From Entomortierella parvispora E1425 (taxonomy: Eukaryota; Fungi; Mortierellomycota), in the NCBI GenBank assembly GCA_020891255.1, contig BQFW01000002.1:3534001-3598000 (forward strand): a stretch of DNA of 64,000 bases. The letters run 5' to 3'. Below the pieces are notes generated by a model. That model was not told where the DNA came from and made no database searches. It saw nothing but the letters and a program-made list of their open reading frames with translations. The first letter of the stretch is position 1; every line of letters begins with the position of its first letter. The translations under genes and the position numbers were made by a program. Of the stretch, positions 1 to 10,156 are shown one piece after another.

Positions 1-3000
1 AACCATCTAGCCTTCTTGAGAGTCTGTCGACATTGGTATGAGGTCGGGGAACCCTTGATCTGGAGAGATGTCAAGTGGTCAGATTCCCAGTCGAGGCAGG
101 TTCATGAGCAGATCTGGCGTCAATGGCCTCGCGTGCGCCGGCTTGAATTCGAATATGGGAAACGGACCACGGACATGGAAACACGGGCTTCTCCTCCTCA
201 ACTCCATCTCGCCCTTCCTCTTCCTCCTCTTCCTCCTCCTCCTCCTGCTCTTGGCGGTGGCGGTGGTCTCGGGGCTGGGGCTGGGGCTGGAGCCGCTGCT
301 ACGTCTCTTCCTCTGAATGCACCAGTTACTGCCACACCGAATGCTGCTGCTGTTGTTGCTATTGTTGCTGGAGGTGGTGGAGGCGGAGTAGCTGCGTCTA
401 GAGCTCCGTCTCCTGCTCCAGGAAGGCCTTCTGGTGGGTCGTCTAGAATGAGAAATCTCCTCGCGGGCAACACCAACAATAACGGATCAGGATTTGGAGG
501 TGGTTCTTCAGGGGCGACCGCAGCAGGATCCACTTCAGTATCAGGAGCGGGAGCAGAATCACTCTTGCCCGCCTCGACGTGGAGTACAGGCCTCCTGTCT
601 ATAGAGCCAGGGCGGCCAAATATAGCTCTCAGAGACGCATTGAATGATTTGGCGACGGCGTTGTCCAAACCACCACTGGAATCAAGGTCAAAGGAGCAGG
701 AGAGACAAGTACATGGACAACGACAGGAACAGCAACAAAATCGACACATAATACCACATGGCCAAAACAACTCGTCGTCGTCTTCACGTTTTAATATGTC
801 TATTCCACTACGATTGCAGGAACCGAGGTCAGAGGCAGGACAGCCGATTCGTCCTCTCCCCCGCCTAGGAGCTCCACTATTGTTCCTGCCCGTATGTCCT
901 CAACTGACTAGTCTAACATTGACAGGATTCTTTCGACTGGAGACATTTCTGGAATCGATTTTACCTTTCGTACCAGAACTACGGTCCTTGGATATATCGC
1001 TACGCAGCTATGAAATGAGGGACGAAATTCGACTGGACAAGGTACTGATGACGTGTCCGAAACTCCAATACTTGTCTGTGGACAAAAATATGATTGGGCG
1101 AGTTGGATTTGCAGGAGATCAACTTCCCTTGACCATCTTTGAGGAAGAATCCGAGTCATGGTCGATCGACGACAGCTGGAAGGCGCAAAAGGGGACCTCG
1201 TCAGGTGACGGATTAGAGGGGAAGGATGAGGAGGAGGAAGAGAGTGATGACGAAGTGGACGACGAAATATACGCAGGAACAGAGTGGCACCGACGTTTTG
1301 CGAAGGAGATTGTCAACCCTCGGAACGTGGATCCAACCCTGAATTCCGACTCAGACACTAATACTGCTAGAAAAGATGGTAATTCTCAGGCGATTCCTGG
1401 AGTCAAGGGCGACCTTCAACCTCAAGCATCTGCCAAGGCTAATTATCGTCGACTGCTAAAACAACAGAGGCAACTGAGACGACAGCGACCGTTGGCTTTG
1501 AAGACACTGAAGCTCAAAAAACTGCGGATGTCAGAACAGGATTTCCTTTCGCTAGTGCACCGCTGTCCGTTACTGGAGGAGATGGGCGTGTGCACCACAA
1601 CCGCTTGGAGCTGGTCACCTAGGTTCCTGGAGAGTGTCTCTAGGTCCTGCCCCAGGATCAGACATTTGCATTTGGCCACCAGCCACACCATCCCTCTGGA
1701 GACCGCGGATAATGGTGCAGTAACACAACACGGGATCGTCATTTTGAACAACAATAATGTTGAAGCAACAGCGGCACTTACGAATGTAACCCAGGAATCA
1801 GTATTGGGAGGTCTCAACAACCCTGGGCATCTTCCATTTCTTCACCCTCATCTGGCACAGGATCACCAGTATCAAAGCACATCTCAGACTGCGATAGCAG
1901 CGGCGGCAGCTCTGGAAGAACAGCACCAGCAACGACTTCGAGAAGTCTACGACCCTATCATTGGTTTGATTAAACTCTACCCGGATCTAATTTCTTATGA
2001 CGCGCGCTTTGTCAAGTTCCAAGATCATACCTTGCGGGCGCTTCAGCAGCACTGTCGATTCTTGGAGAGACTGGACTTGACAGATTGTCGAGAAGTGAGC
2101 TCGAACGCCCTCGATGAGTTTCTGAGATGGGCACCCACCCTCCGACATTTGTCAGCGAACCTCGTCATGTTCAGGATGGAGCGACTCATCCAGGTCTCGG
2201 AGCAACATCAGAAGCACGCTTCTTTCTTGGCAAAGAAGACAAGGGTGATGCGGGATTGGGGGATACCCGGCGGAAGCGATCTAGAAAGCGGCATCGAGGA
2301 TGGATTTGATGTTGATCTAGAGTATATGGAAGATGAAGAGGAGAAGGAGGAGCTAGTGCCTCAGTGGTGGGCCTGCCAGTGGCTGGAAACGCTGATCCTG
2401 GGCGTCCAAAATCCGAGTCTGAACCCAAACAAGGAACGGAGGTTCTATCAGCCCGTGGAAGTCACTGCCGAGTCGCTGTTCTACAACCGTGATCTGCAAG
2501 GCAGCAGCAGTGGCAGTGGCAGTAGCGCATACGCTGGATCTGCCTCGTATTCGCCTTTGTCTTCCTCCTCGGCAGGAAATCCCCAGTTGCCCCGAGGAGG
2601 GATCACGACCGAGCAAGACCATATCCGACAATGCACCTTTGCCTTTTTTTGAACAGTTGGGAAGATTGACAAAGCTGAGACGACTCGAGTTGACGGGCGG
2701 TCAGTTTGATCTCGGAGTAGGGTCTCTACCACCCTGTTCCACCTCGCCGTCTCCATTACAACTTCAGCCGTCCTCACCATCCTCGTCAACGTCCTCATCG
2801 CCGTCACCTTACCATAATAATGGGAGCGATGGCAGATATGGAGACAGCCAGAGTCCTGATCATGGCTCACATCACCTCAGGACTCTTACCGAACAGGATC
2901 ATCTGATCATGGAGAAGCGATTGGATTTGTCAAAATCGAGAAGCCTACCAGAGTCAACGACGAGTACGTGGCGCGGGGGTTTGAACCGGGTTCGAAGTTT

Positions 3001-3691
3001 TATCAGTTTGAAACCACGAAAGCAGAGTACCCGAGGCGGAGGTGCCTCGTCACCTACCTCGGGTGATCAGACTTCCTTGTCTGGCGGCGGACCAAATCCT
3101 GCCTTGGCTGAGAGACATCGATCGTCTTCTGAATCGCGTCTGGCCTCTATTACGAGGAGTCCACTCGATGAAGATGGAAGGGAGAAAGACAAGGCCAAGA
3201 ACAAGGACAAAGGCAAAGGAAAAGCAAAGGGCGAGAGCAAGAGCCGATTCTTTAGCAGGGACAAGGGAAAGCAGACAGTCCTGCGACCTGGCTTGGACGC
3301 GTCTACTACACCACCCCTGCCACCACTACCACCCTCTTTGCCGCCGCCACCGCCGCCCACCACTCTTTCAGCCACCGTCAGAAATGGAAAGGCGCCAGTC
3401 CGAGGGATCCTCAACGACGACACGTACCTCTCTGACCAGAACCATCGCCCTTACCGTGACCCTACCCTGGCCGGACTTCGACCCTTGGCGAATCTGACCT
3501 TGCTGGAGCATTTTAGCATGACCTGGGCCAACTTTCCGAGATTACACGAGCCTGATATTGAGTGGATCTGTACTCAATGGCCAGCCCTTAGGTGGATGTC
3601 ACTCGGATTGATTCATGTAGATGAATGGGGCCTGATCCGGTATTGGGTCCATAAACGACGACGCAATATCGTTGTCGTCTTTGAAAAGTAG
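1..3691 (+). CDS. F-box/RNI-like leucine-rich-repeat protein, 5'-truncated by the window edge; interrupted by a 1-nt frameshift at a T7 run (2644-2650)
   Basis: Frame open from base 1 (NHLAFLRVCRHWYEVGEPLIWRDV, resembling an F-box tail). LRR-like segments CPQLTSLTL, CPKLQYLSV, CPLLEEMGV, WACQWLETLILG. Frame 16..2652 continues in frame 2489..3691 as ...CTFAFF|EQLGRLTKLRRLEL if one T is removed. Confidence 0.75.
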
Positions 3692-3789
3692 TTTTTTTTT
3701 CCTTTCTAAAAAAAGCCCCTTTAATATAATTGTTTGGATGTCTGGAAGGGGGAGTAACAAGGCTTTTTTTTCTTTTTCTGGAAACATGT

Positions 3790-4757
3790 CTACAGTTGCA
3801 AGAACAATGGATCCTCCTTGAAAATGGCGTAGTCAGGTCTCTCCAAGGAACGGTGAGCGACCTCGATATCAATGTTGATGTCCTCAATCAATGCCTCTGT
3901 TAAAATGAAGTTTAAAAAAGTGTGGTTAGAGATCGATCATACCGATCCATAGAGATCTCTGGCGATAGAGCGAAAGATCCGCAGGAGCAACAAGTCAAGA
4001 CGTAGTTTCCTAAGCATCTATTTTCCTTTCCTCTCCTTTGGCGTTGCCATCCTGACATCATTCCTTCAATCCTATAGTCCAGTAATCCTCGATCTTCCGG
4101 AAAGTGTATTCAGAGGTGAAGGAATATTTAAAAAAAAATTGAGTTTTTTTTTCTGCTTACCAAGAGTCGTGTAGTCCAGTTCGGGACGAATATAACCGAG
4201 GACGACCACTCGGAGTTCGTCACCATAGAAATCCCGATGGAAGTTGTGCATGATGTGAACCTCGGCCGACTTTTTCTCATTCTTGTAAAAAGGGTTCCAG
4301 CCAAGGGACATGACCATGGGGTATACGGTGGCAGGGCATGAAGTCGCCAATGACGAAGTCGAGGAAGCTGCTGATGTCGCTGACTCTTCTGATTTGTTCC
4401 TGACTACCACCTGTGCCCATCCATAGTAGATTCCAGTGATCATGTGCTCATGCTGTGCTTCGATCGCATCTTCGGGCAAGTTGGCTAACGATGAAATGGA
4501 AGAATGTTAGTTTAGAACCATTCTTCTTTTGTTCTTTGGCTCTCCCCAACAGCGGCATTGTAGGAAGCGAGGAACAGAAAGGCAAAAAAAAAAAAAAAAA
4601 GTTTACCAGTGGGGATGCCAAGGTCTTTGCTTCCACGTCCAAAGCCCTTGATGACGGTGCCGGACATCTTGATGGGGAATGGTGACTCTGGTACGGGCCC
4701 ACCCGCAATCTTGGCGCGGGTTGATGTGCTGGAGGCAACTGCTGCGCTTGTGGTCAT
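3790..4757 (-). CDS. FMN1: Riboflavin kinase (3 exons)
   Basis: Motifs [54 protein letters not shown]; GT-AG introns join the pieces; stop TAG at 3790-3792. Confidence 0.95.
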
Positions 4758-4954
4758 GGTCGTGTTTAGGAGAGCGTAGAGAGAGAGAGAGAGGAGAAAA
4801 GAAGACGAGAAGCTGCAAGTGCGGACGTTGAAAAAAAGAACAAAAGGGACGAGCGCAAGGGTGAGTCAAGGCAAAGAGGGAGTATAGAAGGAGAGAGAGA
4901 GAGAAGAGAGAGAAAGAGCTGAGAGGAGGGGGGTTCTATTCGGGAGCGAGGGAT

Positions 4955-4986
4955 TGAATGAATGAATGAATGAATGAATGAATGAA
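4955..4986. repeat. (TGAA)8 microsatellite in the divergent FMN1/WD40 intergenic region
   Basis: Eight perfect TGAA units read directly. Confidence 0.95.
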
Positions 4987-5248
4987 TTAAAAAGAAGGAA
5001 GCAAGGCGATGGCGATGAGAACGAGATAAGAACGAGAACGACGCAAAGCGACGGAAGGAAGACCAAAGAACACACCCTTCGATCCGCTCTGTCCCTGCAG
5101 GCACACAGAGCCCCTCCGTCCCGTCCAAGTGCCCAAAAGCCACCTTCTCTTTCTTTGTCCGCTCATTCGCCCTCGGCCAGTTTTACCAATCAACCCAATT
5201 CACCTCTCGACGCGAGAGACCTTCTTACAAAGCAGCATCACCTGTCCA

Positions 5249-7886
5249 ATGCCGCCACGGAAACGCATGATCGTCAGCTCGTCCGACGGCGACCATTCCT
5301 CTGAGGACGAGAACGAATCCAGCCCAGCCCGATCCCGCAAAAAGACATCCATCGAGACTTTGCGACCTTCCACTCCCACCAAACAGCAATCTGCTCGATC
5401 CCGATCTTCAAGTGTCAATGCTACTACCCCAGCCCGTGTCAGTCGAAGGTTGCTGGAAGAGGCAAACAAACCACCCCCTCTCAGGATCACAAAAGCGTCC
5501 TTGAGATCAAGAGGCCCGCCCAAGAACCCACCGCCGCCAAAGAGTGCCAGACCTGCCACCACCACAAAAAGGGCTGCTCCCACAAAGTCAAAGCCCGTTG
5601 CGCCACCAAAATCTAAAAAGAGATCTCGAAAGATCTCAACGGCGACAGTGGAGGATGGGATGGCCAGCGGAGAGGATCTCCCAGAGGGAGAAGAGTCGGA
5701 CGAAGACGACAAGGAGAAGGCGGAACAGCAAAACGGTGCAGGACTCACCCGCTCGTTGGAGGTGGATGAGGACTACAGGAGTTCAGTAAAGAACACATGG
5801 GTTTACCCTGATCTACTCGCCAGAGATGAGGACAAGGATGAATCTGAACGCGTCGTCTTGGAGCATGTCATCCGCGCTCATTCCAGGAGCACTCACGAGG
5901 GTCAAGACGAGACCGAGACTGACACTTGGGCCGTCGAATTTCAACCGACGCTGCCTGTCATTCGATCGCATGGACCTCACGCTGCCACGGATCGCAACAT
6001 CAAGGCGAAAAAGAACAAGGGCGAAAACAAGTCAAAGGATGAGGATGAAAAGAGCAATAAGGAATCGCGACCCAAGAGCAGTAGTCTAGTCGCGACTTGC
6101 GGTGGAAACACTGTCTGCCTGGTCGATTGTCGCTTGGGAAAAGTCGTGGTCAAGTACAGTCACGTAGAAGAAGAGCAGTTTATGAGCTTGGCTTGGACAA
6201 CACTGGATCATTACGCGGATGATGTCCTGAAGGAGGAGGCTGGTAGTTCTGATGACGATCAAGAGACAACAAAGGCCGCTGCCAAGAAGGCTCCAGCAAA
6301 GAAGGCAGCCAAGGGAGGAAAAGGCGCCGCTACAACTGCCTCGGCGCAAGAAGACAGTTCCAGTATGACATTCGAGGGAGGACATAGTCAAGCTAATATC
6401 TTGGCGGCTGGAGGTAATGAATATTGCCAATTATTGTCGCGTAAGCAAGAATCACTTGTGCCAGCCAATTGACAGAGCCTTTTTTTCAAAATGTGTTTTT
6501 AGGGCGACTCGGAAGCATCAAACTGATCAACCCCACGCAAAATACTTGCTACAAATATCTTCATGGACATACTGACGCTGTATTGCGACTCCGATTTTCA
6601 TTGACAAATCCTCGATGGCTGTTCAGTAAGGATGTTTTTCGTCGTGTTTTCCACACGCTGAGCAGACGATCGAGTAAATCAGCTCTTTGCTATTGGTTTT
6701 CATACTGACCGTGACCCTCTGTTTGCTCTCTTGTAGGTGGTTCGGCCGATGGAACCGTTCGTCTCTGGGATATTGGTTCATTAACAGGATATGAGACAGA
6801 AGCTTGGTAACGAGAGACAAAAGGGCCTTTGCTTTCACTGGATGGTCCCATGAGACGATGTTTTCATTGACTAAACACATGTCTTCCTTACATAGCTGCC
6901 TGGCGAAATTCGGAGGCCTTGCAGACGACTCTGTTACAGCTATTGGGGTCTGTGAAAAGTATTTAATTGCGGGAACAGAGAAGGGCATCATGGCTCGATA
7001 CAACTTATTCAAGCTGGCAAAGATTTTGGAGGCACGGAATGCTACAACCAGTGCTGTGAACGTCCAGCCCGATCGGATCTTCCCAAATTCACAGGAATGG
7101 CACGAGTCCTCGGTGGATGACATCCTGTATATACCCTTCTTTTCAGAACAGTCATACGCTGCCCAGATGGCCAGCGGAGCAAACACAAAAACGAAAAAGA
7201 GCAAGCCTGCGACCAAAAAGACGGTCAAGAAGACGGTCAAGAAGACAGTCAAGAAGACGGCCAAGGCGTCAAAGAAAGCAACTCCGGCGGCAAGCCGTGG
7301 TCGTGGTCGGCCAAAGAAACTAAAGACTCCCGATTCAGAAAGTGAAGAGGATGATGAGGACGAGGAAGAAAGCGATGACGATAGCGATGAGAGCGACGAC
7401 GACGAAGATGATGATGAGGAGGATGGTGAATTCGTTTTTGCGTCGCGTGAAAACAGTCAAGGCGAGATCATTGTCTGGGATGCATCCAAGAGTACAGCCA
7501 CGGATGCGGCAATCAAAACGATTCTGGAATGGTCCATCGCAGAGAGCTGGTCAAAGTTCACCCTGGCGGAGAACATGTCGAGTCCCACTTTAGCACTGAC
7601 TAAGGGGCGTGCGAAGAAGGGGTCATCTTGGGTAAATTGGGCTGCCAAAAGACAAAACGCGCTCGTGGCTGGATCAACAGATGGAAAGATTGTCGTGTAT
7701 GATCTGGGCGTTGAACCAAAACGCGCCCAGGATGGCAATATCGTGGCCCAAAAGCCGTCCAAAGTGATTGCTCATCCTGACTCCACAGAGCTGTTCCGAG
7801 ATGTGGCCGTGTCTCAAGACTTGAGTACAGTCGTGGCTGGTGACTGGAGCAATCGCGTTCTAGTTTGGAACAGATCGCTTACTTGA
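5249..7886 (+). CDS. LRWD1(ORCA)/EED-like WD40-repeat protein with basic N-terminus and AT-hook
   Basis: ATG 5249 (MPPRKR). Spliced segments TWAVEFQP, VATCGGNTVCLVDC..G.VVVKY..EEEQFMSLAWTTL, ILAAGG-RLGSIKLINP..TCYKYLHGH, LFSGSADGTVRLWDIG, LVAGSTDGKIVVYDL follow the order of the LRWD1/EED propeller as recalled; AT-hook RGRGRPKK near 7292-7320. Confidence 0.8.
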
Positions 7887-7964
7887 AATTCTCCCCTGGC
7901 GACTTATTCTAAACATGGGGAGCCTCTCCTTTTGCATTGTAAAATAATCAAATAAACCGTGGAC

Positions 7965-8200
7965 TTGGTGTGGTAGAGCAAGAGGCTTCAATGGTCGTCT
8001 GAGTCTTTGAGGTACTCTCCTCTTTGCTTCCATCCTGCTCTTCATCCGAGCTATTAGATTTATCGCCGCTTTCCTCGTCTGAATTACTTGAATTGCCGTT
8101 ATTGCCATCCTCACTTATCATTGCCCTGATCCTCCACACTCTCTAAATTCCTGGGCTAGAAGGCTGAATGCATCGACGTAGATATCCTTGTAATTCTTGT
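7965..8200 (-). pseudogene. Decayed inverted copy (fragment A) of CHY-gene coding sequence about 62808-63050
   Basis: Reverse complement aligns by eye with the donor (e.g. TATCTACGTCGATGCA, GCCCAGGAATTT, GGAGGATCAGGG, ATTCAGACGAGGAAAGCG, CTCGGATGAAGA, CCTCAAAGAC); about 80% identity with small indels. Confidence 0.9.
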
Positions 8201-9376
8201 GATTGCGACGAGTGTATGATACTCACAAGGATGAAGTACAGCGATACCTTTTTGCAATGGAACATCTCGGGGGGGGGGTTTTTTGGTGTACACCCTTAAT
8301 TTAGGCGCAGCACTCTTTCTCCAATGTTGAAATCGCGCGGTCCAACACTTTCATTCATTCCGCCCCTCCCTTCCATTCTTCCACTTGTCCTCTCCCATAT
8401 CCTGGTCCTTCCCCTTGCCTTATCCTGATCCCTTTCCCTTTCCCCAAACTTGCAATATGCTGCCAGGTAAGGCTGGGTGTGGACATGACTCGTTCTGCTG
8501 CGCCATCCTGAGAATCAACGGACTTCCCGGGTGTACGTCTTGTTACGGCACCTGGAACGTGGGTGCAGCCTCCATAACGGGGGGTCCGTTGGGTGTTGAC
8601 CGTATAAGAAGATTGTGTGCCAGCACCATCGCAATCTTCTACAGCCGTCTTTTCTTCAACCCTCTTGGACAAGTAGATAAAGTCGCGGTCTACGTTCGAG
8701 AGGGGAAGGGCAAATGTCCACTACAAAGTCGAGAAGGTGATCCGCTCGCATCTTTGTTTTCTCACTGGGATGAGACGGGAATCGCGGCCCTCTGGTTCCT
8801 ATCCCCCCTTTTCACTGTGCAATCACTGGAGGTGTTTATGAAGAAGGTGTTTATAGGTGCTCTGCTCAGGCAACATCATGGTCCAACAGAGTCCTTGGGT
8901 TGGTTTCCGAACCGGTCTTTGGCAAAAAAAAAACTCGTGGTTTTCGTGGGGTTGTCCATACAAACCAAAAAAGACGTGTCCTTTATGGTACATGCAAACT
9001 ATTATTGGGGTGCGATGGCCTGCCGCCTGCTCGTTGGCGCGCCCTGCACGGCTTGTTTCGCTCTTGCTTGTCAAAGAGAAGGAGGAAAGCAGGTTGACTG
9101 AGAGCAGGCCAGATGTCGAGAGTAGTTGAGAGTGAAAGAAAGTAATAATAAACAACAGTGAAGACGCAAACAATCAGCCTTGTCTCCATTCCCAAAAGCA
9201 TTGACCATGGCACCATGAACGTTGACCTCGGTGGCAGTGAGCTGAGCCCAAAAAAAGTCGCGCCACTAAAATTGCGTGTGGCACGCGATTGATTGATTGT
9301 GGACATGAGAGTTCTGGCGACATCAGGGATGCCATGGAGACATGGGAGTGGGAGCCATGAGCCATGTGGTGAAAAG

Positions 9377-9640
9377 AAAAGGAGAAGAAAGTACTAGGCC
9401 CCGGGAACAAGAGTTCAAGCGGCCCCGAATGGGACCGCTCGACTCCCCCCAGTGATAGGCACCACACCCTTTACTCTGCTGGCCAGCGCAGGGGTGAAGG
9501 CTCACCGCCCCCCTCGAGGATAGGCCTACAGCGGGAGGGGCGTCATACTGCATAACCTGACATAAGGAGTCTACACCGGGTGTCGAACCCGGGTTGCAAA
9601 GTGTAATGGAGCGGCAACACCCCCACAGAGCAGCGTGGAC
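9377..9640 (-). ncRNA. Candidate Pol III transcript with tRNA-like head (unidentified ncRNA or tRNA-derived SINE)
   Basis: A-box-like CTGCTCTGTGG at nt 8-18, T-arm CCGGG-TTCGACA-CCCGG at nt 49-65, 6/7-bp acceptor-like pairing, GC-rich body with hairpins, first TTTT at about nt 260. D and anticodon stems do not pair, so it is not a functional tRNA. Confidence 0.35.
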
Positions 9641-9888
9641 CCTTATTGTGATATATGTTCTTTTGGCTTGGACCATGTACCATCCGTTTTTGAAATTTCA
9701 AGTCACTTTCCAAATTTTGGTGGCGCTCGACCCAAAAAAATCGAAAAAAAAAAAAAAAAAATGGTCGATCAAAGAGCCAGGGCTCCATCTGCTCGCTTTT
9801 GACAACCATCCCTGCTTCTCTTCCTGCGAATGAAAGACTCCGCGATCTTATCCCATCTGTATTTAGGCGTTCTGAAAGCTTTTTTTTT

Positions 9889-9996
9889 TAATTTCACCGC
9901 CTTCTTGAGTGACAGGATCGGGGATCTCGAACAATCCTTTGCACCGATTTCAGCGGACTAGGAGGTTGAGCGATCGACAGTAGAGTAACGAAATGT
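9889..9996 (-). pseudogene. Inverted copy (fragment B) of CHY-gene coding sequence 63090-63197, followed by A10
   Basis: 108-nt ungapped alignment with about 8 mismatches (roughly 92%); a TGT->TGA change creates a stop; ten A's follow on the minus strand (T run 9880-9889). Confidence 0.92.
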
Positions 9997-10156
9997 TGGT
10001 CGCCTTTCATGACTAAGAGGCCGATCTGAGAAACATTGAATATCTTCTTGAAGGGTAAAAAGTTGTCTCCATGAAAAAGGCAACGCCGGCAAAAATTATA
10101 TTTATCAGGTATTTTAGAGGAAGAGGAAAGAAACCATTCCATCTTATCCCTTTTTT

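Noticed and set aside
3898-4165. snoRNA in the enlarged second FMN1 intron
   Set aside because: Only a near-C-box (ATGATGT) and no matching D box; the H/ACA fold is unconvincing.
8460-8471. U1 snRNA 5' end (CTTACCTGGCAG on the minus strand)
   Set aside because: The rest of U1 (70K loop, U1A loop, Sm site) is absent; it is simply the complement of a plus-strand 5' splice site.
9568-9640. Functional tRNA gene
   Set aside because: T-arm and length fit, but the D stem and anticodon stem do not pair; kept only as a tRNA-like head.
9377-9640. SRP RNA, RNase P/MRP RNA, telomerase RNA or tRNA-Sec
   Set aside because: No SRP helix-8 GNRA/AGCAG arrangement, no CR-I/CR-V P4 pair, no telomeric template, no UCA anticodon arm found by eye.
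8200-9880. Transposon between the two captured fragments
   Set aside because: No terminal inverted repeats, LTRs, Helitron ends or transposase/RT motifs recognised.
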